From NCBI GenBank assembly GCA_964057225.1, contig OZ059900.1, forward strand, positions 10,664,001 through 10,728,000: a DNA stretch of 64,000 bases, read 5' to 3'. Under the pieces are notes generated by a model that was not told where the DNA came from, made no database searches, and saw nothing but the letters and a program-made list of their open reading frames with translations. The DNA comes from Auanema rhodensis (lineage: Eukaryota; Animalia; Nematoda). Positions 1-14,209 of the stretch are shown here, piece after piece. Made by a program: the position numbers and the translations under genes. Position 1 is the stretch's first letter, and every line of letters begins with the position of its first letter.

Positions 1-2157
1 GCTCATTTGAAAGAAATTAGAAAAAACGAAACAATAATTTTGAAAACTAGAAAGGCAAAGTTCAATGTGGAAATCGACAACACGAAGACAACAACGTAGA
101 ACAACGACTTACTTTGAATTCGAATCAAGCGGCAAAACAGTATTGTGTTAATGACTAGAATAACGAAAAAGTTGATTAAAAATTCAAACTCATTTTAGTG
201 TGTCTGCATTTGTTTATTATACTAAAATTCTGCTGATCAGAATTTTGAAAAATCATATAGCTTTTTTTAAATTCCACCTTTTCTCCAGATAATTTACATA
301 TATTTTGCTTTATAACTTTATGATTAAACCATTAAACCGATATTCATATATAAATGGTTAATAGTGGGTTGTAATATCAACAAAAATTTTAATAAAATGA
401 ATGGTAAGCGGAAAATCTAAGAAGGATTAAAGCATATCAAGATTTAGAGGAATAATTAGATGACAGCATATGGTCATATCATAAAATTGAAAATCAGACA
501 AGCACATAAGGGGCCAACGATATATCATTAACCTCTTCCTGATTTTATGTGTCTCTCGATCGTTAATTAATGATAATCGATTAATTATGAATCTTTTCAC
601 CTTAGTTCTGCATTTATTACAGCATGAGCAAACATGAATATAAATAATTTTTTTATAAAATGCGTTTCATCTATGATTTAAGAAAAATACTCAAATCATT
701 AACAATATAAGTGTTCACAAGCAATTGAGCAATTATTGATACACATAGTATACATATTCATTCTATAAATTTCCACCTTGTAATTTGAGGGTCTTAATAG
801 TTTCACTGAATGTGCAGCGGAGTTTTCTGTTGCAAACTTTTCATGCAGAAATTGTAGTAGAAATTACATCAAGAATAGCATATGAACGTATTGAATTGGA
901 CATAAATTAAAGGAAAGGGATTCAAAGCTAATAGCTGTAAATATAATATTACATAGTAAATATTCTTCTGTTTACGTATTTAAATCTTGAAGTAATTGAG
1001 ATATATTTAGTTTTAACTGTTTCCTTTGTGTGAATTCCAATTCCTCATGCACAATTGGATGAGTGAAATCAGTGAGGGAACCTTTGAATAGAAAATATTC
1101 AGCTTTTCTGATACACAAAACGTCAATAAATAGCTTATTTGTGCTTTTTCATGTTATTACATTCACCTTTGTTTCTTATTTCATTTTTTAATTAATTGTA
1201 TCGAGTATATTATGAAAAAAAAGAAAATTTGACTATATGTTTCTATATTCATAAAATCAATAAAAACTGTAAGAGGGAAATAAAGATAGTTCAGAGGATA
1301 AGATAGTTTAAATGAGACAAACATAGGGAATTAGAGAAGAGTGAGGGTAGGATGAAGTAGATAGTTATGAATGGGAGAGATGAGAAATGGTATTGCAATA
1401 ACCTTGAGAATATTCAATTCATTTTCTTGTTTCTTCATATCTCATCTAAGATGTGTATCGCTTGTAATGTACTTTTCTCAAGAAAGTGAACTTGAAGGTT
1501 GAATACACAACTATGTATAGCAATTAATCCTAAAATTGGTATTGTCTGACAATATTTCTGTTACAATCTAGTAGAACTTCAAAATTAAGCTCATATTTTT
1601 CTTATTATGCATTGTATATGATCGCTTTTCTTTCGTTTATAAAGAAAAACAATATGCTAGAATTGCATCAAACTCTGATTTTTAGATTTTATAAATAGCT
1701 TTAGAATGAAAAAGCTTCAACTTCAATTTTCTTCTTAATCCTTTCACGACTATATGTATATTCATTTTCAGTTTAATTATTCTATCAATTGTCTTCGATT
1801 CGTTCTAATTAAACAAGGATGAAAGAAAACAACAGAATAAGAACAAGAGAGAAAGAGAAAGAGACAGAGAGGAAGAAACTTACAATGAACAAGCTATCTC
1901 GTTAATAACATTGAAATTTTAATTATAAATAATCATATTAACTGCCAGTCATACTGTAGCGATGACAACTAGAAAAAAGACTAAAGTTTATTCAAATGAA
2001 TGACAACGATATTTCTAATTCAGTACCCATTGTCTCATGATAGAGTTGAAAGAAAGATATAAATATGATTTGGTTATTTGAGCGATTGCTTCTACGAATA
2101 TAAAACTGCTTTATTAATGTCATATTTACATTGTATAGATCTTCATCGAAATTCATT

Positions 2158-5100
2158 TTAATGCCTATGTTCTGTTCGTTTTCGACCAAAAAGCTGCTCA
2201 ACTCCTGTCAATATGGTATTCAGGCTTAAAGGATCTTCTGGATTTGTGCAACGAGCCCCCAATATGTTGTCCTAAACGTAATATGTAATGTTCATATGTT
2301 GAACTAACTGACCTTAGTTTGCTGATAGCCACACAAACAATGGCAAAATCCGAAAGTACATTTTGAGAAGTTGGGACACTGTGATGTGGACATACATCGT
2401 TCACCAAGTTTGGCTTTGCGTAAGCAGCGATCACTGGATGAAATCTCATTCAAACTGTCACATATCTTTTGACAGGTTGGAAACCGTGCATCGTTTGACT
2501 GAAGATATAAATTATATAACATATAGATAAATGATCACGTTTTCAACTAGACGATTGTATAAATTATACTATTTTTTAACGTAAAATGATTAAATTTCAC
2601 ATGACAGGCTGACAGACTGAATGATTGACATATCAAGCCGCAATGAATAAAATAAATTTAAATTGTATGCTCGTTTTTGAGAGATATATGCAGTTCAAAA
2701 ATACTTTTTCTGATGTTTCTCCGGAAAATGGGTATATATATATCTGTTCAGGGTAAAGGGGGCTAAAAAAAGAAAAGTAAGAATAATTTTCCAAGGCGCA
2801 TCAAATTCACAAAACTCTGTTGGCAAAATTTGACGTCATGCAACAGAGTGCACATGAAGTATGTAAACTAAATTAAACTAACTTTTTCAAATCCGATTTG
2901 ACATTGGCAAGAACCGGCTATACAGCTCATTGTTATACCACCCTCACACTATAAATATCCATATTATTGTTTTATTTTGATTGTATTGCTAAAAATTAAT
3001 TAAAACATTGTAAAGACACCTGCTGATCAATTTGGCATGGATCGTCCCTATGTGCAATTGATAGACATTGTCCATTTACATACAACGGAGTTGGATCTCT
3101 ACATGGACGTGGACAGCATAACGATGATTTCCATCTAAAGCAAAAAAAATATAAAAAATAGCTCGCGAAATGATTTTGAGCAATGATTAAATGACACTTT
3201 TTTGCAAATGCTAGCACAAAATGTAATGTTTTTCATGAAAAAAAAAGTTGTTACCCTGGTTCACTGATACTATAACAGAAATGAGTCAGTGGCCGACATT
3301 TTGATTCAGATGAAGATCCAGAATCGCATGATTGCCTGCAGAAAAAAAGAATACAAAGTATTTAAATGATATTGTAAAATGACAAATGACAAGTGAAATT
3401 ACTCTGATATCATCGAACACTTTCAAAACGCTAATTTAAGTTATAGGAAGAAAACAAGTGACATTTTTCACTGTTATTTCTATGTTTTTTTTTGGCAAGA
3501 TATATCTATACTTTAAAAAATTAACAGAGAAGATGATTCCCTACGATTTTTATTTTCTTTTTGAAAAATACTAAAGCTCAACTAATTTTATAATCTTCTT
3601 TCTCAGTATCTAATAAGTTATGCATGAGTTATATTTACAGACATATGTGCTAGTTGTTCGACCATACATAACTAATTTAAACAATTCATTCCAACTAACT
3701 AGTTAAATTATGTATATAATGGTTAATGAAATATATTTCGATCATTTCATTCTATTTATATAACCATTATATATTGATTTTATTGATTGTAAATAGTGCA
3801 ATAAATTTTTAAAACGAACCCAAGGTCTGGCTCGCCATATGGACAACGAAGACGGCAACAATGACCAATGTAGGGACTGCCATAGGTCACGCAGCGATAT
3901 CCCAATGGACAACTGTCAGTATTTGCTGCGCTTTCTAATAAATCAATATCATTGATGAAAAGTCGTCGACAAGATTGCTGAGCATGCATACCATCGGGAC
4001 ATACTAGAATAAATGAAACATATTATATATTGTGTGAAAAAACTCAAAAAAAAATCTTAAAAAAAGAGAGATTGAGAAAACCAGATATAGGTATACAATA
4101 CTAACCTGCGAAACATATTCCACGCATCAGATCACGTGTGGTTCCTGGAGAGCACTGGCAAGAGCCAGATATACATGAATTAAATGGATCGACACATTGA
4201 CTATCCTAAGCAGTTACATAAACTTTGAAATACTTTTTATATTTATATATTATAGCATTATGACTAAAAGATGTTTTATTAGATTGATTGGTTAAAGTCG
4301 TTTAAAACGAGAACTTTGATCGTTAGATAATAGAGTTAAAGAAATAGAAATAAATATTAAAACCTTTTCGCAGTATTGGCCATAATGTGCTACTCGCTGA
4401 CATTCCACACCATACAGCTGTTGTCCTGCCGGGCAAGCTTCAAAATTTTACATATTATCTTATAAAATGACGTCTTTTGTTTTCATAATTTTAAAACTTG
4501 AATAAGCATATCATACTATAATACATAATTATTGAGTATTTTTCACTATCTCATATAAAGTTCAATAATTTGCATAGCTATGTTTTTTAATTCATAACAC
4601 TAGTTTAAACTAAAATGTTTGTTAATATTTTAATATAAAGATTTAGTTTGTATATTTTATATAATTTATTATAATTATTTTACTAACATTTCAATCGTTT
4701 CATTTATTTTTAATTTCAGTTTAGTTTCCGTTTTTCTTTGAATATTAAAACATTTTGAGGTTTACTAATCATATCATGTCTGAACGACTATTTGAGTCAC
4801 TATTAGTTTTAAATATTATGTTTGATGAATAATTGAAAAAACACAAACCTACTGAACATTCTCCATTTATGATTGATCCACCAAAACATTCACAACGCCC
4901 ATCTCTACAAAGAAGAGGAGGCTTGCAATCTCGCTGACACGAATCTCCTATTTTTGATGGAGCTGTAAAAAGTGAACAATTTTGTTTAAAACAATCCAAT
5001 TCCGTTTTCTGTATACATGTCATAATACAAGACAATATAAATTTTTACCTAAGCGACAAATCGAGGTTTTATCATCTAAATCAAATTCTTCAAAATTTGT

Positions 5101-5572
5101 TGGGCATGTGCAGCGTTCTTTTCGACAAACGGTGTTTAATCCGTAACATTCTTCGTCATATTGGCAGATACTGCCTATCAATTTCTCTATAATTAAATAT
5201 ATGATCAGTGTAAAACGGTCATATATTTATATTTATATATTGTTTTTAAAATTTTTTTATATTTCACAAAAAAGAAAAATGATTTAGTTCATGACTCTTT
5301 CAGGTTACAACTATAGTATGAGCAATACGTAAAGTTTTATTGTTCAAATTTTCAAAAGAAATAGAATAGAATAACTTATTCTCTTAGAGAATGAGTAATG
5401 ACCAGAACTTTTTTCATCTTTGTTAAAATTCTTTGTGAAATATATATGAATTATGAAAAATAAGAATACAACTAATTGTTGAAAATTGAATACATGACTT
5501 ACGTGTACATGGAACATCGAAACAATTGAATAATTCTAAAGATGTAACTATAGTTAGAATGATGAGATGCAT
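2158..5572 (-). CDS. Secreted cysteine-rich EB-module / WR1-like protein, multi-exon
   Basis: Manual splice: ATG 5572 gives signal-like MHLIILTIVTSLELFNC. Later exons read QKLIGSICQYDEECYGLNTVCRKERCTCP, APSKIGDSCQRDCKPPLLCRDGRCEC, DSCPLGYRCVTYGSPYIGHCCRL and AKLGERCMSTSQCPNFSKCTFGFCHCLCGY, ending LTGVEQLFGRKRTEHRH* (TAA 2160-2158). GT-AG introns; Cys spacing typical of nematode EB modules. Confidence 0.85.
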
Positions 5573-8500
5573 GTTAAAGAATATATTTAATGGAAAATTG
5601 ATGAAATGACGAATTTTGAAAAGGTAGATTTGGTCAACATTAAGAAATGTTGTGAGAATAGGTAGTTACAACGAGAGAGTGAGGAGTAGTGTGTCTTTGA
5701 AAGATAGAGAATATGGTCTGAAGAGAGAACTAAAATAGGTCAAGTCCAAAACGAAATGAACGATCCTGATGATGACAAGATCATCAGCAATGATGCCTTG
5801 AGAATAGGATCGTCGGAGAAAGAGGGGGAAGAATGAGAAGAAGAAAGAAAGAGAGAGAGATATTTGTGAATTCTGATGCAACTGTTAATTTATTAGATTA
5901 AACTGTTTTTGAAATATTAGCACTCATACTTGTATGTATATTTCAGCAACATCTTTTAGTTAAATTCAGTGCTATTTTCTTTTCCAACTGAATAAGTAGT
6001 ATGAAAATTATGTTCAATGAAGATTACTTTATTGGTAGCCCGTGGTGCAATCTTTTTCATGTTTAAAATAAAACTAAAAACAGGATTTTTTAAAAGAAAT
6101 GTATTAAGCGCTCCATTGATTTTAAAATTTAATTTTTCTAATGATTTAATATAACTAGTAATTATAATTATATAAATATTTTTGATCATATATGCTAAAA
6201 TATGTGTGAGCAGCCTGAATAAATCATTTTCAAACTTTCATATAAATAGTCAATCAACATTTGTTTATTATATATCTGAATATGTTGATTTGTTCTAGCA
6301 TCATGTGGTTATTTTCTTTATTTTAGAACACGTGGATTATTTCTTCGGTGCGATGTTTTCTATGCATTGCCAATAGTTCGTTTTGTAGTTTGGAAAGGAA
6401 GTTATTCTTTTTTTTGCTGTAGAAAACTAACTTAACTGATTATGGCATGTTTCGCTTTGTTAAATGGTCTTTTTACTTTTGCTAGTTTCTTAGTTTTACA
6501 CTGCAGGGTTCTCTGGCTCTAGGTAAACTTTTATCTCACCATTTTGTTGTATTCTGCAGCTTTAACGTTATATATTCGTTTGTTCCTTATTGTGATTGAA
6601 TAAGGTAGCGATGACAACGTTGACCAATACTACTACTTTGACTGCTACAGCTGTCACTACGTGCTGCTATGGCTGGAAATTAACGAAATACAATAACGCA
6701 TTAGAGAGATTCCAGAGATGCAGAGTTGAAGAGAGGACGGAAAATGAGTAGAGAAAGAAAGGACAGATTCTCGCGTCACTAGTGCTATTGGTAATAGTGC
6801 TGCTACTACTGCCTGGTTCTGTTCCCTGCTATTACTATTGCTCCGACACTATGACAAGAGACACAGCTGAAATGAGAGATTGAGCGAGACACTGAGGACA
6901 CCAGCAAAAGAACTTGAACAGAACAGAGAGAAAAAGATGGAAAGAAAGCGAAAGAGTGAGGACCCCGGGGGCCTCTGAGGACGCTGCGCGATATCGACTC
7001 GGCTCTCTGAGTGCTAGGCTGTTCGAACGAAGGGCTCTGTCCGACATCGTTTGGCCCTCTCCGTCTGTTGTTTCTTCAACAACTGAAGGCTGGTGTAGCC
7101 GATTGTCATAGGCCGCCGGACGTTGGATGATGGAGCTATGTGTTTTGAGTCTGTTTTTTGTTACTCTTCATTTCTACAGCTATTATTTCATTCATCATTC
7201 TGCATTCTTATCTAATTTTTTCGTTTCATCATCCGCTCACGTTATTCGGCTGTCAATAATCATCTTAATAGGTTTAAACTAACAATATCGTAAACAATAT
7301 AGTTGGAACTGAACAAGCTTCTTAACTAGTAGATTTCAATTAGCCGCATAATCAATAATGAGCTGAAGGTCTGTCAATCATCATTATTTTTAAAGGAAAT
7401 TAAATGCTGAAAAAAGAAAAATGCTGAGAGAAAAATGAAAAATGATTTTTCGTAAATCCCACTCACACACCCATATACTAGATAAGGATGATGACATCCG
7501 CCTACATTTTTTCAAATTCCATTCAGCTGTATTGTATCACATAATGCTATATTTGAATAACTAACCATATATATTTATTTATTGGCCCTACTTCCAAAGA
7601 TAATTGACAATTTACTATTGCAAATGGTTTTTTATCTTCTCTCTCTCTTACGAATTGTCTATTTATCTATTTTTTTTAATTTGGCATTATGAAAAGGCTT
7701 TTTCACGTTAGTTTTATAATATTTCAAACAAAATTTTTATTACATATGTAGTTATTAATGCAATTCTGCTATTCAATATATTGCACCATTTTTGTTTCTA
7801 TGTTTCATCTTTAATACTATACTCTCTCTTTCTCTGTCTCTTTCCTTCATTTCATTCAGATTAAAGGATAAAAACACATGGAGATCTTGATATTTAACCT
7901 CTTCCAGCATGAAATGCAAAAAATTGAATTTGAGAAATGTCAAACTTCACTGTACTGTTCGTTGCTCACGATGAAAACCAATGATACAATAAGACTCATA
8001 GCACTGATCTGAATAATCTTTCGGTTACTTCTTTTTTATATTATCTTTGTCTCAGCAGACCTGTGAGGATTACTCATCGACATTTATTTTTACTTTTTTT
8101 TTTTGAATTCATTGCACTTGGCGCCACTGTACGTCATATATATTTGGTCATCTTCATTTTCTTATTCACTTATTCTTGTGCCCGCTCGTTTTCTCGTCTA
8201 TACGCACTCCAATAGCCGAGCATGTGAATATGATGAACGAATGAGAGCGATAAACAAATGAATAGCAGTTTCTGTACGTGTAGCTTATTTTGTTCCTCTT
8301 GCTGACTAACGGATATTCATTGTTCTCATATCATCTTTTCTACGCAACAGAATACATTCACTGATTTTATACTTGCACATAAACAAATGATACAGGTTTC
8401 TCGTATTTTTTCGTTAAATTCTAAACAATTGAAAATATACGAGAAGAAATATTGGTCAGTTCAGGCAGGATGTGTCTGTATATCCGTTCTGTTAGTTTAT

Positions 8501-11459
8501 CGGTCATCATAATCATGATCGCTAACATTCTTGTCTTTTACCTTACTTGCCTTTTCAATCATATTTCTATCTTCTTTGAAATTTCCATTATTTCAATCAA
8601 AGGTGCAGAATGAAATAAATTGTCTCATACATCATCTTCGCCATCACTATCCTGATCACCACCCTTTAAATGAACTTGATGACTCTAACCCATTCTTGAT
8701 GAACTAGAAGTCAGTTCTTAACCCCTCCTCCTATCTTTCATCCTCGGCCAACCATCCAGACCACTTCTTGTTTCAATGTTGGGGCATTCTTTTTTTCAAT
8801 TGAATACTGCTCTTTCTTGTAATCGAATTTTATTCTCAGTTTATCCTTCTCTTCATTCCACATAGTATTACTATCTAACCATTTCGATTTTCTATGATTC
8901 TTTGTTTCTTATTAATTTTTTTCACAATCGCTATTTTTCCTCCTCTCTCAACCCTCTCTCTCTCTATATCAGTTTTTGTTTTGATTTTTTAGTTTAGTCA
9001 TATCAGTTCTGGAGAATTGCTTTAGTCCGTCCAGACTGAAGTCACTTCAATTGTTCATTTATATCATGAAAATGAAATGAATCGCTTGCTCATACAAACC
9101 AGTTGAACTTTGTAATATTCTTCTTAGTTTTTGGTCTTATTTTTGATTTACTCTCACACACTTCTCTTTCTTTTTAGTTTGAAAAATTTCGCTCTTAGCC
9201 CCAGATTACAAAATTTTAGGCTTACTTTTCATCTTTGTTAACTGTGAGTCCACATTTCGCACAATTGTTTGAACAAACGCTGTGAAATAATCTCATAGTC
9301 AAACGGTATGATTGATTGGCTCAGCTTCTGCATACATAACTTTGATTTCATATATGATATAACTACGAACAAAGAATTTCCCTTCTCATTCATCAAGTAC
9401 CGCTTACTGAGTTTTCAAATTTTCTTTATCAGCTTGTTTCTTGTTAAATCAGAATATAAGCATGAGTCATATAATTGTTTCAAGATATTTTGATATTTAT
9501 ATTTGCCATTGCTTTTCCTCTGAGTATTAATTCGTTCAGTTTTTTTCATCTGTTGTCTATTTGTTATCGTATTCGAGAAAAAGGAAATGAAAGTGAAATA
9601 AGAAAATCAAATTTTGAACAGTTTAGAACTCTAAATATGTATATAAAAATCATTAAAAAATTATCATTAGTGCTAGCTCGTGTTAGCCTTCGAATTAACC
9701 AAAAAGCTTTTTATTTATAATTAATTTTTGATTTCTAATTAATATAATGTGATTATATCTCAAGAGAAGTTAAATAAAGAAAATTCTACGAGAAGAAGGG
9801 ATGAATGATAGCGAAAATGAAATGAATCGCGATAGAATAAATCGTTTATACACACACGTGGATATAAATATTTACGTGTATATAATTTACATATATGAAA
9901 TTATATATGAATGAAAAAGTAATTTGAAATATGAAAAAAAGATTCTATGAAAGTTTAAGAGATAAAAAAGTTTAAAAAAAGAGAGAAAAAGTTAGACTGA
10001 AAGATATGAAACTATATAGAATCAACGATAGAGATAACAAGATTGTAGAGAACTATGAAAAGTAAAGAGAAATGTAAACGTACGAAAGAAAAAAGAGAAG
10101 GTAGAGAGACAACGAGAGAAAATGATACCAAAAGTATATGAAGGAAATAAGAGATTGAGGTAATAATATATGAAACGGGAGAGAATGGAAAATGAAAGAG
10201 TAACAAAGAGAAAACACATACAGATAGGAAGAAAGTAGAAAGATAGTGCTGTTCAGCTTTTTCATTTCATTAGTGTATAATGTGTTTTGATATTCATATA
10301 TTCGTTTATTATTTTCAGATAATGTTTCTTGTACAATTTGGATTAATTTGTATAAAGTATATAAATAGCTGTGCTCTATAAATGTTTCATTGTCTCTTTG
10401 TCTTGCTACAGCACGGCTCTCTCTCTCTCTTCCATTCTTTATCTCTCTCTCCTTATATCTTCAATATAATTCTCTTCTTTTCCATTCTCCTTTTGTCTAT
10501 GCCTCGTTTTCCCTTACTCTTTCTCAATCTTCTCAGTTCAATATATTCTTATTTTCCGCTCTCTTCAACTTTTTCTTTGTTTTGGTTTCTGGAAAGATAT
10601 CTTGATATATGTTTTTATCCATTTGCTTCTAATCAACTAGTATAAAGCAATCTTAATTCATACATCGCATATATATATGTTCTTATTCGAATCTATTTAT
10701 ACTAAATAATTGTGTAAATATGAGCAGATTGTTGAAAAATTCTATTTCAGATTGATTAATAAATTGAAATTAATATTTTTGGAATTCGTTTTTGCCAAAC
10801 ATGTCTAAGTCAGCAAAACTAATTCGAATTCCCGAAGTTAATCAAATAAGCTGAAAAAAAAATATTAGAAAAAATTAATACTATGATTCCAAAATTCTAT
10901 TGAAGAGTTTTTAAATTTAAATTTATTTTTTGAAAAACTTATTTCATTTTCAAAGACTGTTTAGACTCATCAGTATTATTATGTTGGATTGGCTTTATGT
11001 TATACCGCAATGCTTCAAAGAGTTATATGTGGCTTCAGAAATATTACTAGAAATTATGATATTTTTACACACATACATTTTTTTTACAAATAATATATTA
11101 TTTCGGAGTTGAAGATATGAGCAATGTTGAAGCTTTCAAAACTGCTTTCAAATTTTGCTGTAAATGTTAATTCCGTTTATTGGCCTCATTTACTCATCTT
11201 ATTTATGAACTTTTGTTATATTTGGTTTTAACAATCTAATTACATAGTTTGGAAATTTTATTTTCCTTTTCTTGGAATTATAATCATGAAATATATATAT
11301 ATTAGCATCATAAGTATTATTTAAAAAAAAGTAATAAACTTTAATTTTGAAACCAAATTTCTGAAACTATGCCTTTATTTGCAATACGATTTGAATATAT
11401 TCTAAATAATTGTTCAATTCACTGTTTTCTCAATTCTCTTCTCTCTTTCTCTTTCTCTT

Positions 11460-11460
<1 letters not shown>

Positions 11461-11504
<44 letters not shown>

Positions 11505-11518
11505 TTTTTCTCTCTCTA
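11461..11518. repeat. (CT)n microsatellite
   Basis: Directly visible. Confidence 0.9.
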
Positions 11519-14209
11519 TCAATCTTTCTCACTTTATCTCTATCATGCTTTCACTCCTTTACTCTCTTTTCTCTTTCTACACTTAGCGCACCGTTTTCTA
11601 ATTCTCTTTTTCTTTCATTTTCTCCTATTCTTAATATTGTCTCTGTTTGGTACCTACTAAAACTAGCTATCTGTCTTGCAATCTGTCTATCTATCATCCG
11701 TTTCTACTTTGTGCTATAAACTTGGCAAACATTTGAGTGCAATAGCATACATTCGAGATTTTTCAGACCTCACAGTCGATCAAAACGCCCACCACGTGAA
11801 CGAAATTAATTACGTCTATTTAGTCCAACGTTTTGATTTTGATACGTAGCATATTTGTTAAGCGACCTATAGTCGACGATCTGCGCAAAGACGTATGAGA
11901 AGTAATAGTTAAAGATGAAAAAATGAGAAAAGAAAGAAAACAGATAGAAGAATTGAAAAGAAGATTGTTAAGTCGTTTGTACTGTACTGCTTGTGAGATG
12001 CATCATCATTTTTAGTCTTTATCGGCAGTTACTATATCATCTTTTGTCATCACTCGTAGAATGACTATAGTGCTTGACGTAGTGTGGTTTTCAACCTCTT
12101 TTCGCCCAGCATTTCTTCGTCACAGGTTTTGTCATTTTTTCGGCTTCTCAGTGTATGAGTACCTGTATATTCTTCCTTCTTGGTATTTCTTTTTTGCTTT
12201 TTTTCTACTCCAGATTTTTTGTTGCATTCCACCTTTTTCTTCAAACTTCTGTCAGTATTTTAACTTTTCTCTCTACTCAGTTTTGGTTTTCTGATATAGC
12301 TGTCTTTATTAAGAATCCAATGCAGTATGCGCCATGCAATATATAAGATGTATTTTTTCTATTATCCTTTTTCACACCCTCTTTTCTCATCTGTTTCTGC
12401 CAAACTCGTCCATCTTTTTCACATGTGTTGTGCAAGAAACTTTATTGAACAGATCATATTCGCCATTCTTTCCAGAAAAAAGAAGAAAAAGACAGCCTTC
12501 TGATATATAGAATAGAAGAAAAGGCAAAGGACAACATATATGCTATGTGTACTGATCCATGTGGTCCGAATGGTTTTGCAATATCAAAAGATAAAAGCGT
12601 GAGCCGCTTTCGGCAGCAATCAAAAAACTACAGTTGTATGGCTATTGAAGCAGAACTAGCTGACATTTATTGTACATCCACTTTATACGCCTCATTAACG
12701 GCATATCTCATGGCGTTGTGGTCCTGATTGTTCTTATGATAACTTTGACAACCTTTGCCCGCGCGACAGGCTCATTACTATCAAGCTTAATCGAACAAGA
12801 ATAGGAAAGGGTGGGGGTGTGAAAAAATTGAGAAAGAGAAGGTTAAAGGAAATAAGAAAAATTGAGAGATAGAGAGCGAGATATGAAGAAAGAGCGAACG
12901 AGAGAGAGAAAGACAATGCAAAACAAAATGAAAGAGAGAAAGAAATAGAAAAAGTAAGAAGAGACGAGACAATTACAAACTGCAGGCTTTTTATTTCTAA
13001 AATTTGCGGAAGACATTAAAAGATATCTGGCAAATACAACATTACGCAACAATAACATGCTTTTACTATATTTTTGTTAATTTTTTTCTGTAAACATCTG
13101 ATATTACAAATGGATATTGCGTGGTAGCACAAAATCCATTAGATAAAATATCTTAAGCAATGTTTTAAAACATAGTCGGCAATATGGACATACTCAAAGC
13201 ATGTAATACACAAAACATCCCACGATCCTCCTCCGCATTATGATTTTGAAAGTTTTCGTAGATGAATTGTATCCATTAAAGTTTCTCAGATGACAGTGAT
13301 GCAATTTTACATTGCAGTTTTATTTCGTTTTTGTATTCGAATTAATTGATTCATAGCCGTCCACCCATCATCCTAATGGCATTGATCATTGTTACTGTAT
13401 GACATATACATTTCGTTGCCTCTTTTTCTTCTCTAATGCATATTCGATAATATTTCATTTTTTTCTTTTTTTCCACTTCTTCACACTTATAATATTTTTG
13501 TCTGGAACCGAACCTAATTACTATTTCATTCAAGAATCCAAAACTTTAGTTTTACGCCACGAAATTTCTTATTAATCCAAGCCTTTTTAAAGAAAATAAT
13601 ATTCTAATGAATTGAAAAATTCTTCAACATGTATAATTGTGCATACTTTTTCCGTAATTTTGTCTTTGACTACATTGTATTTTTCAAAAAAAATTTGTTA
13701 ACCTTGCTCCCTTTTTTCGGAATTCTCTATGACACTTTCTATGCATTTTGATAATATTAGATTGATTCATTTGTGTCTTTATTTTGTTTCTCTCTCCAGG
13801 TCTTCAACCTTATATCAACATATTCGTAATATTTTAAATACTTTATAGTCTTCCTCTTTAAAAACTAATCCTCTTTTCAAGCTTATTCTCAGATTAGTTT
13901 GTTAATCTATCATGCTATCATTTAATGTTTCGAACAATTTCTTCATCGCAATTTTGTATAGCATAAGTTTTTTGAAAAAAAATTAATAAAAGAAAATGCT
14001 TTACTATTGATAGAATAAACTTGTAGTATATGAGTACCACTAATAAGTGAAACATAGAATCAAATGAGCTTCTATTTTATATCCTAAAAAAACATTTCAT
14101 ATCATATAGCTGTATTTCTTATCACAAATTTTTTTAACCATTTCTAATTTTTCTTTGAAAATTTAACGTTTCTATATCGTAAATCAAATATTCGTTCTTC
14201 TTGCAGGTC

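Noticed and set aside
9308-13058. Many F/L/S-rich ORFs here and in 19.7-25.6 kb
   Set aside because: They come from CT-rich, low-complexity intergenic DNA with no coherent exon chains or domains.
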